Shown here piece after piece: positions 12,687 through 24,570 of a stretch of 64,000 nucleotides of DNA. The stretch is from contig NC_043000.1 in the NCBI RefSeq assembly GCF_006345805.1, forward strand, positions 147,870,001 to 147,934,000, given 5' to 3'. Below the pieces are notes generated by a model. That model made no database searches. It saw only the letters and a program-made list of their open reading frames with translations, and was not told the origin of the DNA. The DNA comes from Octopus sinensis. Its lineage: Eukaryota. The stretch's first letter is position 1, and every line of letters starts with the position of its first letter. A program made the translations under genes and the position numbers.

Positions 12687-12907
12687 CCCTTTCGTTACCA
12701 ACCTGGCTGAAACCGGCTCTGGCTCTGTAGTACAAATGTCTTGTTTTCATAAGTTTTTAATCAAAATCTTCCACCAAACCTTAGTCACAATTCATGTTCC
12801 TAACAATAGCTGAATGATAATTAAGTTATTTTACTAAATTCTTTGTTATATTTAAAGTAATTGAAAGAAACACAGAGCATCTAAAAAAAAATACAGTAAC
12901 GAAAGTG
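12687..12907. mobile_element. piggyBac-like MITE (family PB1)
   Basis: TTAA on both sides; TIR CCCTTTCGTTAC / GTAACGAAAGTG; 221 bp; further copies at 28517, 45883, 47844. Confidence 0.85.
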
Positions 12908-14402
12908 TTAAAGAGAGCAGTTAGTTCACATTTATTATAATTATTATTTTTTTTATTTCAAAATATTTTCTCTCTTCATAAAATGTTGGTGTCAATAATT
13001 GTTACAAACTGGAAAGTAAAATCTATAAATGTATAATTCATGTTATATATAATACATCCAAGATGAATTATCCAACAGTCACAACCCCAAAAGGTAATGA
13101 AAAATGGAGTTTTCTTCAATACAAATGAAATAAATATAGAAAAGATAAATGTTAGTTTTGACAAATATCTACACACTATCAGATAAATATTTGTACAATC
13201 TTTTTTTCCCCACCATTAATGAACATCTAAGTTTTATAAAACTGGTATTTATTTCCAGTTTGTGTGGCATTAAGCAAAAGGGACAAGAGTCCCCTTTGGA
13301 TAGAATGCCAGTCCATTTTCCCATAAGTAGATCTGAGCTCAGCACTGCAAGCCAATAGATAGCTTTTCAATTTTAACAGTGTTGTCTCACACAAGGTAAA
13401 CATAAGGCCACTGACAGGATGCGAACTACTAAATGGAAGGCTGGTTGTCTGCATCCCATCAGTTCAGCCATCTGCTTACTCTATATGGTTTTTTAAAGAT
13501 GCAATTAAAAACAACGTTAAAAAAATATAAATAAAAAAGAAAAAAAAATGTTTAATATTTTTCAGCAATGAATATTAAATTACAGGCAGATTTAAAGAAT
13601 TAAGTTTCACATAATCACAGGCCAACCACACTTGAGGTAAGTCTTGTAAGTTCTCAAATAATACAATGAATATTTGAGTGAAAGTATATAAAGAAAACAA
13701 AGCCAAGAAAGCTTTTGTCACTGATATTGGAATTGACTCTGCAAATACAAATTGGTATAAATTTCGGCTGATGAATTTCAGAAGCAAATTTGGGCTAATC
13801 AAAATATTAGATTACGCTCTGAGCAAACTAATTTGAAGTTTATTAAGTCTGCATCAAAATCAAACGGGAAATTTTTGTTAAGAATATTAACAACATCAAA
13901 AAAATCACAATAATCAAAAACCAAATATAAAAAAAAAAAATTCATATTTTTTAAAAAACATGTTCATAACAAACTGTTGCAATATTTTGTGAGACAAAAT
14001 GTAAAAAAGCAATTTTGTTAGCAAAATGGCTTGTTTTGATAATACGTTTTCAAAACATAACTTATTTGAATAATTTATAAAAATAACTGAACTATATGAC
14101 TGAACACAACAAAATTTTGAATTTTGAAAGAACCAAAATAATTGGGCAATGAAGAATTCAACAGAAATTCTTACATTTTTTTTAAAGAATTTTAAATGAA
14201 ACTCTACATCATTATGACACTCAACATGACTGTGTGTGTGCAAGTGTATACAGATATACATATACATGTATATATACATACATACATATATACATACATA
14301 CATATACATACATATATGATTAAGAATACTTATTTAAACTATGGTCTTTCCAGATGTATACTGGCATATTCTACTAAATATTTATTTCTATCTATCTATC
14401 TA

Positions 14403-14406
14403 TCCA

Positions 14407-14491
<85 letters not shown>

Positions 14492-15771
14492 TGTGAGAAA
14501 GGGGGAGAGAGTTCTTATAACCAATTGTTGAATTTCTAACAGTGTTGATTAGAAAAGCTTGAGTTCTGCATGTATTCATAAGATTAGACTGATGACATCT
14601 TTCTAAAATTAATACTTTGAAAGACAATTACAACTAATTTTACATAATGCCATCAAATTAATCTGCTTAAAAGATAAGTTGGTAATCACTGATAAAATCA
14701 TTTAAAATTAAAACGTAAAAATGATGAGAATATCATAAGTTTCATTGTTGCCTTAACTAAGTCTGTTTCTGGTCTTTTTTTACTATCACAACAGGCACTG
14801 TGTCAATTTAACCCTTTTGATACCAACCCACCTGAGGGTGCTTGTGGTTCTAGATAGAAACTTCATGTTTTGAAGTGACCTAAATTAAAAACCTGCCTAT
14901 TAAATGTTTATGTTGATATACATTTCAAACATCAATTTAATAATGACAAAGCTAATTTACTAAATTCTTATTTTCAAAATAAATTTAGACAGAAATATTA
15001 TATCATAATAAAAAGGTTAAATTCGCATGTCACAAGCATCTAAACCATCCAAATTCTGGAAGTTATATATAAATAAATATGTGTGTGTATGTATATATAT
15101 ATGAGAGAGAGAGAGAGAACCATTTGCCGACATTTCCTGTCTACAAATTGTCCGCTAGCACTATGCATTCAAATTCCTCTGCAAAAAAAAAGCTATTATT
15201 TGAAAAGCATGTAAGGGTTTGAAGACAGGAAGAGCATCCAATCATAAAAATCCTGCCTCAAATATCTTCCCAGCTATTGCATGGAATAACAGACATTATA
15301 TCCACAAACAAATGAACACACACACATACATACATTTATATATATATATATATTATATATGTTAATTCATCTGTTTAAATGTGCTGGTGTGTATTATTAT
15401 TATTATTATTATTGACATATATACATATACATATATATTTATGTCACTTAGTGTACCTACTGCATTAAGAACAGATAGTCATTAATCATTCTCTGTTAAC
15501 ATACAGCAAAAAAATATCCTCAAATTCCATACTATCATGTCAGTGAAATGAAAATAAATTATGGCAAGAAAGATATTTTCAATTTTCAGATTTTTAAAAG
15601 CATTTTCGTTTTAGTTTAAACATTTTCCTAAATTTAGTTTCCATTTATAATTCATTAAGTGGCTTCTATTACCATCAAGTACCATTACTATTTAAAAAAG
15701 ATCGTATTATACATACATACATATATATATATATATAGATATATATATATATATAATATATATATATATAT

Positions 15772-15813
<42 letters not shown>

Positions 15814-17040
15814 AAGAGAGTGTGAGAAAGGGGGAGAGAGAGTTCTTATAACCAATTGTTGAATTTCTAACAGTGTTGATTAGAAAAGCTTGAGTTCTGC
15901 ATGTATTCAATAAGATTAGACTGATGACATCTTTCTAAAATTAATACTTTGAAAGACAATTACAACTAATTTTACATAATGCCATCAAATTAATCTGCTT
16001 AAAAGATAAGTTGGTAATCACTGATAAAATCATTTAAAATTAAAACGTAAAAATGATGAGAATATCATAAGTTTCATTGTTGCCTTAACTAAGTCTGTTT
16101 CTGGTCTTTTTTTACTATCACAACAGGCACTGTGTCAATTTAACCCTTTTGATACCAACCCACCTGAGGGTGCTTGTGGTTCTAGGATAGAAACTTCATG
16201 TTTTGAAGTGACCTAAATTAAAAACCTGCCTATTAAATGTTTATGTTGATATACATTTCAAACATCAATTTAATAATGACAAAGCTAATTTACTAAATTC
16301 TTATTTTCAAAATAAATTTAGACAGAATATTATATCATAATAAAAAGGTTAAATTCGCATGTCACAAGCATCTAAACCATCCAAATTCTGGAAGTTATAT
16401 ATAAATAAATATGTGTGTGTATGTATATATATATGAGAGAGAGAGAGAGAACCATTTGCCGACATTTCCTGTCTACAAATTGTCCGCTAGCACTATGCAT
16501 TCAAATTCCTCTGCAAAAAAAAAGCTATTATTTGAAAAGCATGTAAGGGTTTGAAGACAGGAAGAGCATCCAATCATAAAAATCCTGCCTCAAATATCTT
16601 CCCAGCTATTGCATGGAATAACAGACATTATATCCACAAACAAATGAACACACACACATACATACATTTATATATATATATATATTATATATGTTAATTC
16701 ATCTGTTTAAATGTGCTGGTGTGTATTATTATTATTATTATTATTGACATATATACATATACATATATATTTATGTCACTTAGTGTACCTACTGCATTAA
16801 GAACAGATAGTCATTAATCATTCTCTGTTAACATACAGCAAAAAAATATCCTCAAATTCCATACTATCATGTCAGTGAAATGAAAATAAATTATGGCAAG
16901 AAAGATATTTTCAATTTTCAGATTTTTAAAAGCATTTTCGTTTTAGTTTAAACATTTTCCTAAATTTAGTTTCCATTTATAATTCATTAAGTGGCTTCTA
17001 TTACCATCAAGTACCATTACTATTTAAAAAAGATCGTATT

Positions 17041-17050
<10 letters not shown>
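14403..17050. repeat. Near-identical direct tandem duplication, unit about 1.33 kb, bounded by (TA)n arrays
   Basis: GTTCTTATAA at 14511 and 15842 (offset 1331); ATCGTATTAT at 15701 and 17033 (offset 1332). I found three 1-bp indels outside the boundary microsatellites. Confidence 0.95.
14812..15016. mobile_element. Old PB1-related MITE (duplicated at 16144-16348)
   Basis: TTAA|CCCTTTTGATAC ... AAAAGG|TTAA; interior resembles PB1. Confidence 0.6.
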
Positions 17051-17110
<60 letters not shown>

Positions 17111-17403
17111 TATATATCTGTGCATGTGTGTCTATGTATGAATGAATGTCTGTGAATATTGATATTACAAGCTTGTTACTGCTTGAGAGAAATGGTGATG
17201 ATCCTAACATTCATGATTCATCATTCAATTGTTTTGAAGACATCTGAAGTAAAAATACAGAAAAATCTTCACCTGAAAGACTGGTAAGGTTTGGCAACAG
17301 GAAAAGTGTCTGGCTGTAAAATCCAACCACATATAAACTTACCATCTAACAACATGCTAGCATGGAATAAACAGACATTAAACAAATGAAATATGTTTGT
17401 GTG

Positions 17404-17433
<30 letters not shown>

Positions 17434-17435
<2 letters not shown>

Positions 17436-18320
17436 GTGTGATAGGTAAATTGTCGCCATTTTATATTTTAAATTTTACACATGCACATTGTTTGTTTTTG
17501 ATTTTGTCAACTACACAGTATGGTAGGGTCAGTTGGGCACCGTCTGTGAGAAAAACAGCACTATGATGCAATTCACTCTGTTAGAAATTCGGAAACGACA
17601 TGTTGTACTACATGGCATTCATGCCAGAAGCTCCAATACAAACATTTCAGAGAGTTTGGGTGTCAATCTGAAGCCAGTGCAATCTGAGGACATGTACCGA
17701 GAGTGATAAAAATCAAACACCCAGTCAACATCATGGTGTTTGGAGTGATCACTAGTGATGATGACGTTATGCCTCCATTCATCTTCCCACATGGCCTGAG
17801 ACTCAACACAGAAGCCTACATCAAGTACCTGGAGGTGGTAGTGCTGCCCTCGATCAAGAGAGTGGTTACTGTGAGACCCTATGTCTGGCAACAGGACTCT
17901 GCACTATGTCACACAAGCAGGAGAAGCCAGCCATGGCTATCAGACAATTTCTGCGACCACATCACCCCTAACATATGGCCACCTAACTCCCAAGACTACA
18001 ACTCCCTTGATCATTATGTTTGGGGTGCAGTTGAGCGAGAGACCAACAAAACTCCTTGTAACACCAAGGATGAACTGAAGGCAAGGATTATGGCAGTATT
18101 TACCAAATTAAAGAAGGAGACCACTCAGAAAAGTTGTAGGAGACTCCGAAGTCGTCTGGAGGCCGTGGTTGAAGCCAATGGCGATTTTATAGAAAAAATT
18201 TACTCTTTAGTATTTCGAGATATTTTTATGTAATTTTGGGAAATATATCTGTTAAAATGAGATGTCAGTGTTATTTTCATTTTTGCATAATTTAGACAAC
18301 AATTTATTCACTGCACCCTG
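17434..18320 (+). mobile_element. DD37D (maT) Tc1/mariner element, internally deleted
   Basis: ORF 17703-18233 contains WQQD..37 aa..NSLD (spacing counted), WPPNS and C-terminal LEAVVEANGDFIE. The first catalytic Asp and most of the HTH are missing; imperfect TIRs share TAAATTGT. Confidence 0.85.
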
Positions 18321-18332
18321 TGTGTGTGTGTG

Positions 18333-18383
<51 letters not shown>

Positions 18384-18849
18384 TGTGAAATCAGATATCT
18401 TATATAATTTATCTTATCAGTTGTTTTGTTGATTAAGTATATTTAAATTTTTCCATCATTTAAGAATCTATTTTTGGATAAATTATTTTCTACTATTCTT
18501 TTCTTTCATTACTTCTTGACACTGTCCAAGATAACTCCAGCCTACAGCACTTATTTCTCTACATTCAGCACTAATATCTCGTTATACGAATTGGTAAACT
18601 AATTGTTGTGATCAGTTGAATTAATTACTAGATACCTATCCTTATAACCATTCACATAATACTATAATGTATTTGTAAATAGTATGAAGCAAAGAGAGAA
18701 GAGTACTTAATATGCATTGAAGAAAGAATATTTATAAAAATAGTAAACCAATGTATATCATATATATGCATGTATCTATGTGGATATCATCATTGTTCAA
18801 TGCCCATTGTCCATGCTGGCATATATATATATATATATATATATAGTTA

Positions 18850-19050
18850 ATCCAAACAAGAAAGCACAAAAAAAAAACACAACGCGAAGATGTGGAACAA
18901 ATATAGTATTATTGGACGCTCAGGAAAGAAGGAAAGAAGGAGGGTTTAATGTTTCGAGCGGAGCTCTTCATCGGAAACAGGAGAAGGAAAGATCCAGAGA
19001 AGGGAAGACAGAGGAAAAAAAAATCGCCAATGGTACACACACACATATCT
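18850..19050 (-). mobile_element. PLE-type terminal repeat, family P2 (hammerhead-like motif 18978-18944)
   Basis: Minus strand GTTT-CCGATGA-A-GAGC(TCC)GCTC-GAAA-CATT-AAAC; homologous to 58757-58960. Confidence 0.65.
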
Positions 19051-19725
19051 ATGTAAATATGAATATTTTATATATACATATTTGCATATATATGTATTAT
19101 ATATACAGATTTAAATATATATATCAATCATCATCACCATTTTAATGTCCACTTTTCCATGCTTGCAATTGATTTTATATTTTGATGTTTTTTATCTGAT
19201 GAAGATGATCTGTAAATAAATATTAAACCAAATTGTTCGTACAACATGATAGCCTGACTCCATAATTATCCCAACCAATACAATGCATTTGACAAACATG
19301 GAGGTTTAGTGTGGCTTCTACATTGAAATTCATTAAGGTAGCTTGGCACATCCTCAAGTATGTGTATATAAAGGCAACAATATATATATATATATATATA
19401 TATGCATATTTATTAACTTTTATAAAGAAAAGGTTGACAGTGACTTCAAAGTGTTGGCTTGCTCTAAGGTAAGCTAGACAGCCAAAATTTCAAAGCCACT
19501 GTCCCTCTGTCGATCTTTTCCTTGTTAAAGTTTATATATATATATCAATTGAAGTGTACAGTATTATGTATGCATTATGGCTGATCTTACCAATCAGTTT
19601 TGCACCAGGGGTTCAACGGAGTGGTAAATAACTGTCTGATTATGTAGCCCTTTGCTCTTCAGAGATAGCCATTATGGAATGAAATATGGCAACTCTACAC
19701 ACGCACACACACACACACACAAAAT

Positions 19726-19884
19726 AGGCCTCTTTCAGTTTCTGTCTACCAAATCCACTATCGAGGCTTTGGTTGGCCTGCGGCTATACATTATAGTAGA
19801 AGATACTGCCCAAGGAGCTATGCAGTGGGATTGAACTTGGAACCATGTGGTGGGGAAGGAAAATTCTTACCACACAGCTACACC
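19726..19884 (-). mobile_element. tRNA-derived SINE family A, 5' half, old
   Basis: Aligns to the head of the family A copies (e.g. 30169-30330). Confidence 0.75.
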
Positions 19885-20389
19885 TTTGGTATATATAGGT
19901 ACTTATGTATGTTTTGGGAAAAAAAAATTAAAATAATGTTGTGCAAACGAGGCAAAAAAAGAGTATCAAATACAAAGTAATAAAATGATGTAGAATTTTA
20001 TTTATTTCACTAACCATGACAAAGTTTCATATTTTCAATCTTTAGATGAAACAAGAAAAGCTCTATATATTCCTTCACAGGAAGAATTACATTTCTTATG
20101 AAAATATACAGACTTCCACAACTGTCTGAAGATTTGAAAATGTGATACTACTAATAATGGTAAGTGAAGTTTTCATTCAGATTCATATGCACACACACAC
20201 ACATACATATAATTTTAATCTTTAAACTTTTGACCTATATATCTTGTATCAATATATATATATAATTATTTTAAAACTATCACACTGATATCAAACAAAT
20301 GTCATCTCAAAGAACTTTAACTTTTGCTATCACATTCATGCACAGACTCTTACACATGCATACATAAAAAGAAATATATTATTACATAT

Positions 20390-20886
20390 GTAAGAGTATA
20401 TCTTTATATGTATACATATATATACATATATATAAATAAACATATACATACATATATATATATATACATATACATATATATATTATATAAAACATATACA
20501 TACATATATATAAACATATACATACATATATATATATAAACATATACATACATATATATATATACATATACATATATATATATATAAAAACATATACATA
20601 TATATAATATATAAACATATACATACATATATATATATATAAACATATACTATATATAAACATATACTATATATATATATAAACATATACAATATATATA
20701 TATATATATAAACATATACATATATATATATATATATATATAAACATTACATATATATATATATATATATATATAAAAACATATACATATATATAAATAT
20801 ACATATATATATACATATAAACATATACATATACATATAAACATATACTATATATATATATAAACATATATATAATATATATATAA

Positions 20887-20939
<53 letters not shown>

Positions 20940-20950
20940 ATATATATGTA
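20390..20950. repeat. Complex AT-rich mini/microsatellite, units like (TA)nAACATATACATAC
   Basis: Directly visible. Confidence 0.9.
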
Positions 20951-20999
20951 TATATGTGTGTGGGTGTGAGAAAATTATGTATTTATGTGTGTGTGTATG

Positions 21000-21046
<47 letters not shown>

Positions 21047-21583
21047 ATACATATATCACACATGTATATACGTGGGTGCATGTATGAATATATAAAAACA
21101 CAAATGTGCTATTTGTACACCACACAAACATATATACACTCGAAAAACAACATAATCTTAGACGTATACAATTCCATCCATACACGCACATTTTAGTTTG
21201 GTTTCTCTTTAAATCAAGTACAATATACAAAATATAAACTTTTATTTATATATATTTTCTAAAATAAACAAATTTATAACATTTTTGAAAAATATTAAAC
21301 TGATACTTTTCTACAAAAAAAAATATCAGGAATAAAAATTAACATATGGTAAATACATTTTCTTACAGAAATATACATAAACATTATAAATTGTTGGTAT
21401 ATATATATCCATTTATGTACATGGATTTTTTGAAAAATAAAACTCAATATATAAAAAGTGAACAAAAAACAAACAAAATCAAACAAAACAACTCATAACT
21501 GATTTTGAATTGCAAGTCAGTTGATTTAAAAAAAAAAAAAAAATTCATTGCTCCCAATTCTTAATATACGTGGAGATATAGCA

Positions 21584-21625
<42 letters not shown>

Positions 21626-21767
21626 GCATGTACACACACATACACGCATTTACACACACATGCATACATTCGCACAATCGCACACACAAACCACTTGTTT
21701 TTTCTTTCTTAATGGAACAAACAATTTTGATTTATATATGAAAAATAAAAATAAGAATAATTTAAAA

Positions 21768-21834
21768 GAAGAAGAAGAAGAAAAAGAAGAATAAGGAGTA
21801 GAAGAAGAAGAAGAAGAAGAAGAAGAAGAAGAAG
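21768..21834. repeat. (GAA)n array about 35 nt downstream of the NHL stop, in the probable 3' UTR as (UUC)n
   Basis: Directly visible. Confidence 0.9.
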
Positions 21835-21869
21835 CATGTTAAAATTATTGTCAATGTGTAATGTTATGT

Positions 21870-22669
21870 TCAAATATCGATAGCATAATACAGCAGTGTG
21901 TTTAAAGATTTGTAATCATCTTTGTTGTAATCGAAAAGGCAAACTTCATGGATTTCATTATAACCAGATTGAGTGACTGCAAGAAAACCATTATTACAAT
22001 AACTCACACATTTTGGTGTAGTCAGACCATCCTTTGGTGTAATTACTTCCCATAAGCGTCCATTCTTGGCCAAGATATAGATTGTACTGTTACAGATAAC
22101 TAATGTGTTGCCATCGGCGTCTGAACACATTCCCTGTAGGTTTGCATAGCATTCAACTGACAAATGAAAGTCTTGTAAAGTGAAACTTCTAAGGAGATGA
22201 CCATCAAATCGGAATAATTTTATACAACTATTTCCCGAGTCACTCACCAAGATCTGTTTTTGCTTGTTGACGGTAACAAAATAAGGATGGTCAAAATCGC
22301 GTGCACTGTCTCCATAAGAGCCAAAACTGTGACTGAAATCACCATTTTTGGTCATCACAGTAACACAATGTTTGCAGATGTCTGTGACAACAAAGTCTCC
22401 ATCAGGACTGATAGCAAGACCATATGGGAACTCAAAGAACTTGCTGCTACCACATACTTGGACTAAGTTGCCCTCTTGAGTAAAAATTTTGATGCAAGCA
22501 TTCACACTGTCTGTTACAGCAATGTTTTCTTCATTTGTCATTGCCAAACACATTGGGTAGTTAATCTGATCAGGTCTTATTCCTTTGCTTCCAAATTTTA
22601 TTTTTAGGATCCCTTCACTTGTAAATATTTGTACCCTGTGGTTTTCAGAGTCAGCCACAACGATGTCTC
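21870..22669 (-). CDS. NHL-repeat protein, terminal coding exon (TRIM2/3/71-like NHL beta-propeller)
   Basis: Long stop-free frame with NHL motifs (GDIVVADSENHRVQIF; FGSYG..FDHPYFVTV; ILVSDSGNSCIKLF). Acceptor TTCTTTCAG| at 22671-22670; TGA at 21872-21870; phase 1 matches the upstream exon. Confidence 0.92.
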
Positions 22670-22883
22670 CTGAAAGAATAAATGGACTAATTAATATAAC
22701 ATCTAATCTCATATTTCCAGGCTAAAAAATCTCTCTAAAATCAAGGATAAGGAAGTAGAAATATTGACAATAAAGAACATGAAACTAAGAATGGTGCTTA
22801 TGATAAAGAGATGTCTCCTAATAAGAACTCCAGAAAATTGTCTTGCTGAGCTGTATACATATTCTGAGGAAGACCATCTTCAA

Positions 22884-22921
<38 letters not shown>

Positions 22922-22924
<3 letters not shown>

Positions 22925-23167
22925 AATTTTTTGCATAATAAGATAAAAAAAACCCCAAGGTTGTGTAGATATTAAAGCATTTATAGATAGAAGGTCTTTC
23001 AGCTGTTTCTAGGATATTTATTAATTATATCCCTTCATTGGAGACCGTCTCTGATGAAGGGATATAATTAATAAATATCCTAGAAACACCTGTAAGACCT
23101 TCTATCTATAAATGCTCTAATATCTACACAGCCTTGGTTTTTTTATTTTATTCTGCAAAAAATTCTT
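22922..23167. repeat. Fold-back inverted repeat (~124-bp arms, 1-nt spacer) in the NHL intron, PLE terminal-repeat-like
   Basis: 22922-23045 is the reverse complement of 23047-23167 with scattered mismatches; (TA)n on the left. Confidence 0.9.
23047..23098 (+). ncRNA. Candidate minimal type-I hammerhead ribozyme
   Basis: GTCT-CTGATGA-[AG-GGATAT/ATATCC-TA]-GAAA-C-ACCT-G-TA|AGAC. Core boxes intact; stem I GTCT/AGAC; predicted GUA cleavage after 23094. The stem II base is imperfect. Confidence 0.55.
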
Positions 23168-23837
23168 ATATACACACGCTGACATAGAACCAATGTTGAA
23201 CCCCTTATTCGCAAAATTACCAAACCTGGAACTTAACTATGGTCTGTCTATAGCACTTATTCAGCATTACCTGATACCTTTGGGTCTCAATGACACCATT
23301 ATCTCTTATAACCTCAACTTTCTCTCTCTCTCTCTATATATATATATAAAGATAGACATTTATTTATAACAGTTCTATCAAAACTATCATAGATTTATTT
23401 TAATCTGTTTCATGAATCAGCATTCAAAAGAAAGCATCTGGCTAATTAGCAAGGACTTACTCACCAACATACGCCAACATCAAGCCCACAGACACGCTAT
23501 ATCTTCACACTACTTCAACTATAGTAACTCCACTCCTTGGAGACAGCCAGTAGCATACGACCTCTATCTGAACACACTTGAACACATCCATCTCTCTTTG
23601 TTCCATTCTGTAGCTCTCCTACACTAATGATCATCCCAAATCTTCTATTCATACCCACGTTTTTCTTGTAGCCATCAATGTTTTAATGATATTCGTCCTT
23701 CAAATTTTTAATCATTAATCTCATTCATCTATCTTGGGTCTAACTGTAAGAGGCTATGAAATAGTAAAATTTTAGAAAAATGAAAGATGAATTCAACTAT
23801 AAAACATTCTTGTGGAACAGAATTAAATATTTCTCAC

Positions 23838-24000
23838 CAGATTTTGTTACAGCAATTCCGCAGGGCATATTGAAGCAGTTACGACCTCGGCCCTTCTTGC
23901 CAAACCGGAGTGTTAGCTTACTACACTCGGTTTCAGCTCCCTGTCTTGACTTGTAATTGTCCATATGTAGGATACGGCGTAATAGATACATGGCCACCAT
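23838..24000 (-). CDS. NHL-repeat protein, first identified coding exon
   Basis: ATG at 24000 (alternative GCCATG at 23991) through FGKKGRGRNCFNMPCGIAVTKS, then G|GTGAGA donor at 23837. Joined CDS is 963 nt, 320 aa. The true start is uncertain. Confidence 0.85.
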
Positions 24001-24520
24001 TAACTGTTGTTTACTTTCTCTGTAGCAAGTGACGAAGTGTTGGTATTAGGAAATTTACTGAAAATGGGCTGCTGGACAGTGGACAGAAGAAGAGGTAGAC
24101 TTCCTGGATTCATGACAGCCACTTGATCGACATTGCTGCAAAATAGAATCATGAAACAGATTACCTTTTTATCTATGACGGACGCAAGTAAGTTGGTCAT
24201 TTTGTATGTTTAAAAGTGTTTATTGTCAAACATTTTGTGTCTAAAAGTTGTGCAACAACATCCAATCCAAACCTTGAATAACATCCACACAAAATTTTGC
24301 CCCTTTGTGGGCAAAATTTAAAAAATTCAGAAAGGCTTCGTGGTTTGATTTTAGCCATATTTATTTTCAAAAATGGCCAGCGGTCACCACAAGGCCAGTG
24401 GTCACCACAAAGTCAGCAGTCACCACAAGGCCAGCGGTTACCATGAAGCCAGCGCACAAGGCAAGCGTGATGCCAGCGAAGCTGTAGAAACAAAAGAGCA
24501 AGATTTCCCGCCACTATTTG
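23860..24520. promoter_or_regulatory. Local CpG-retaining island, putative (bidirectional) promoter region
   Basis: Many CpGs in non-repeat sequence amid CpG-poor flanks, at the 5' end of the NHL gene; assessed by eye. Confidence 0.45.
24000..24133 (-). promoter_or_regulatory. Two chained upstream ORFs (7 aa and 37 aa) with overlapping stop/start codons
   Basis: ATG 24133 to TGA 24112-10 overlaps ATG 24113 (ATGA); that ORF's TAA 24002-00 overlaps ATG 24000 (TAATG). Candidate acceptor TTTTGCAG| at 24136. Confidence 0.4.
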
Positions 24521-24570
24521 CTGAACCTGACAGCTTGAATGCCACTAACATACCTTTTATATATTTCTGA
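24373..24570 (+). CDS. Candidate 65-aa His-rich small ORF built on four 18-bp tandem repeats (ASGHHK)
   Basis: AAAATGG start context; repeat units at 24376, 24394, 24412 and 24430; GAG|GTAACT donor-like site at 24571/72. The repeat is certain; coding status is not. Confidence 0.25.
   Translation: MASGHHKASGHHKVSSHHKASGYHEASAQGKRDASEAVETKEQDFPPLFAEPDSLNATNIPFIYF

Noticed and set aside
22670-22712. ORF-track start MRLDVILISPFILS for the 280-aa NHL ORF
   Set aside because: It is the intron's polypyrimidine tract. Splicing at 22670 to the 23838 donor restores a continuous first NHL blade.
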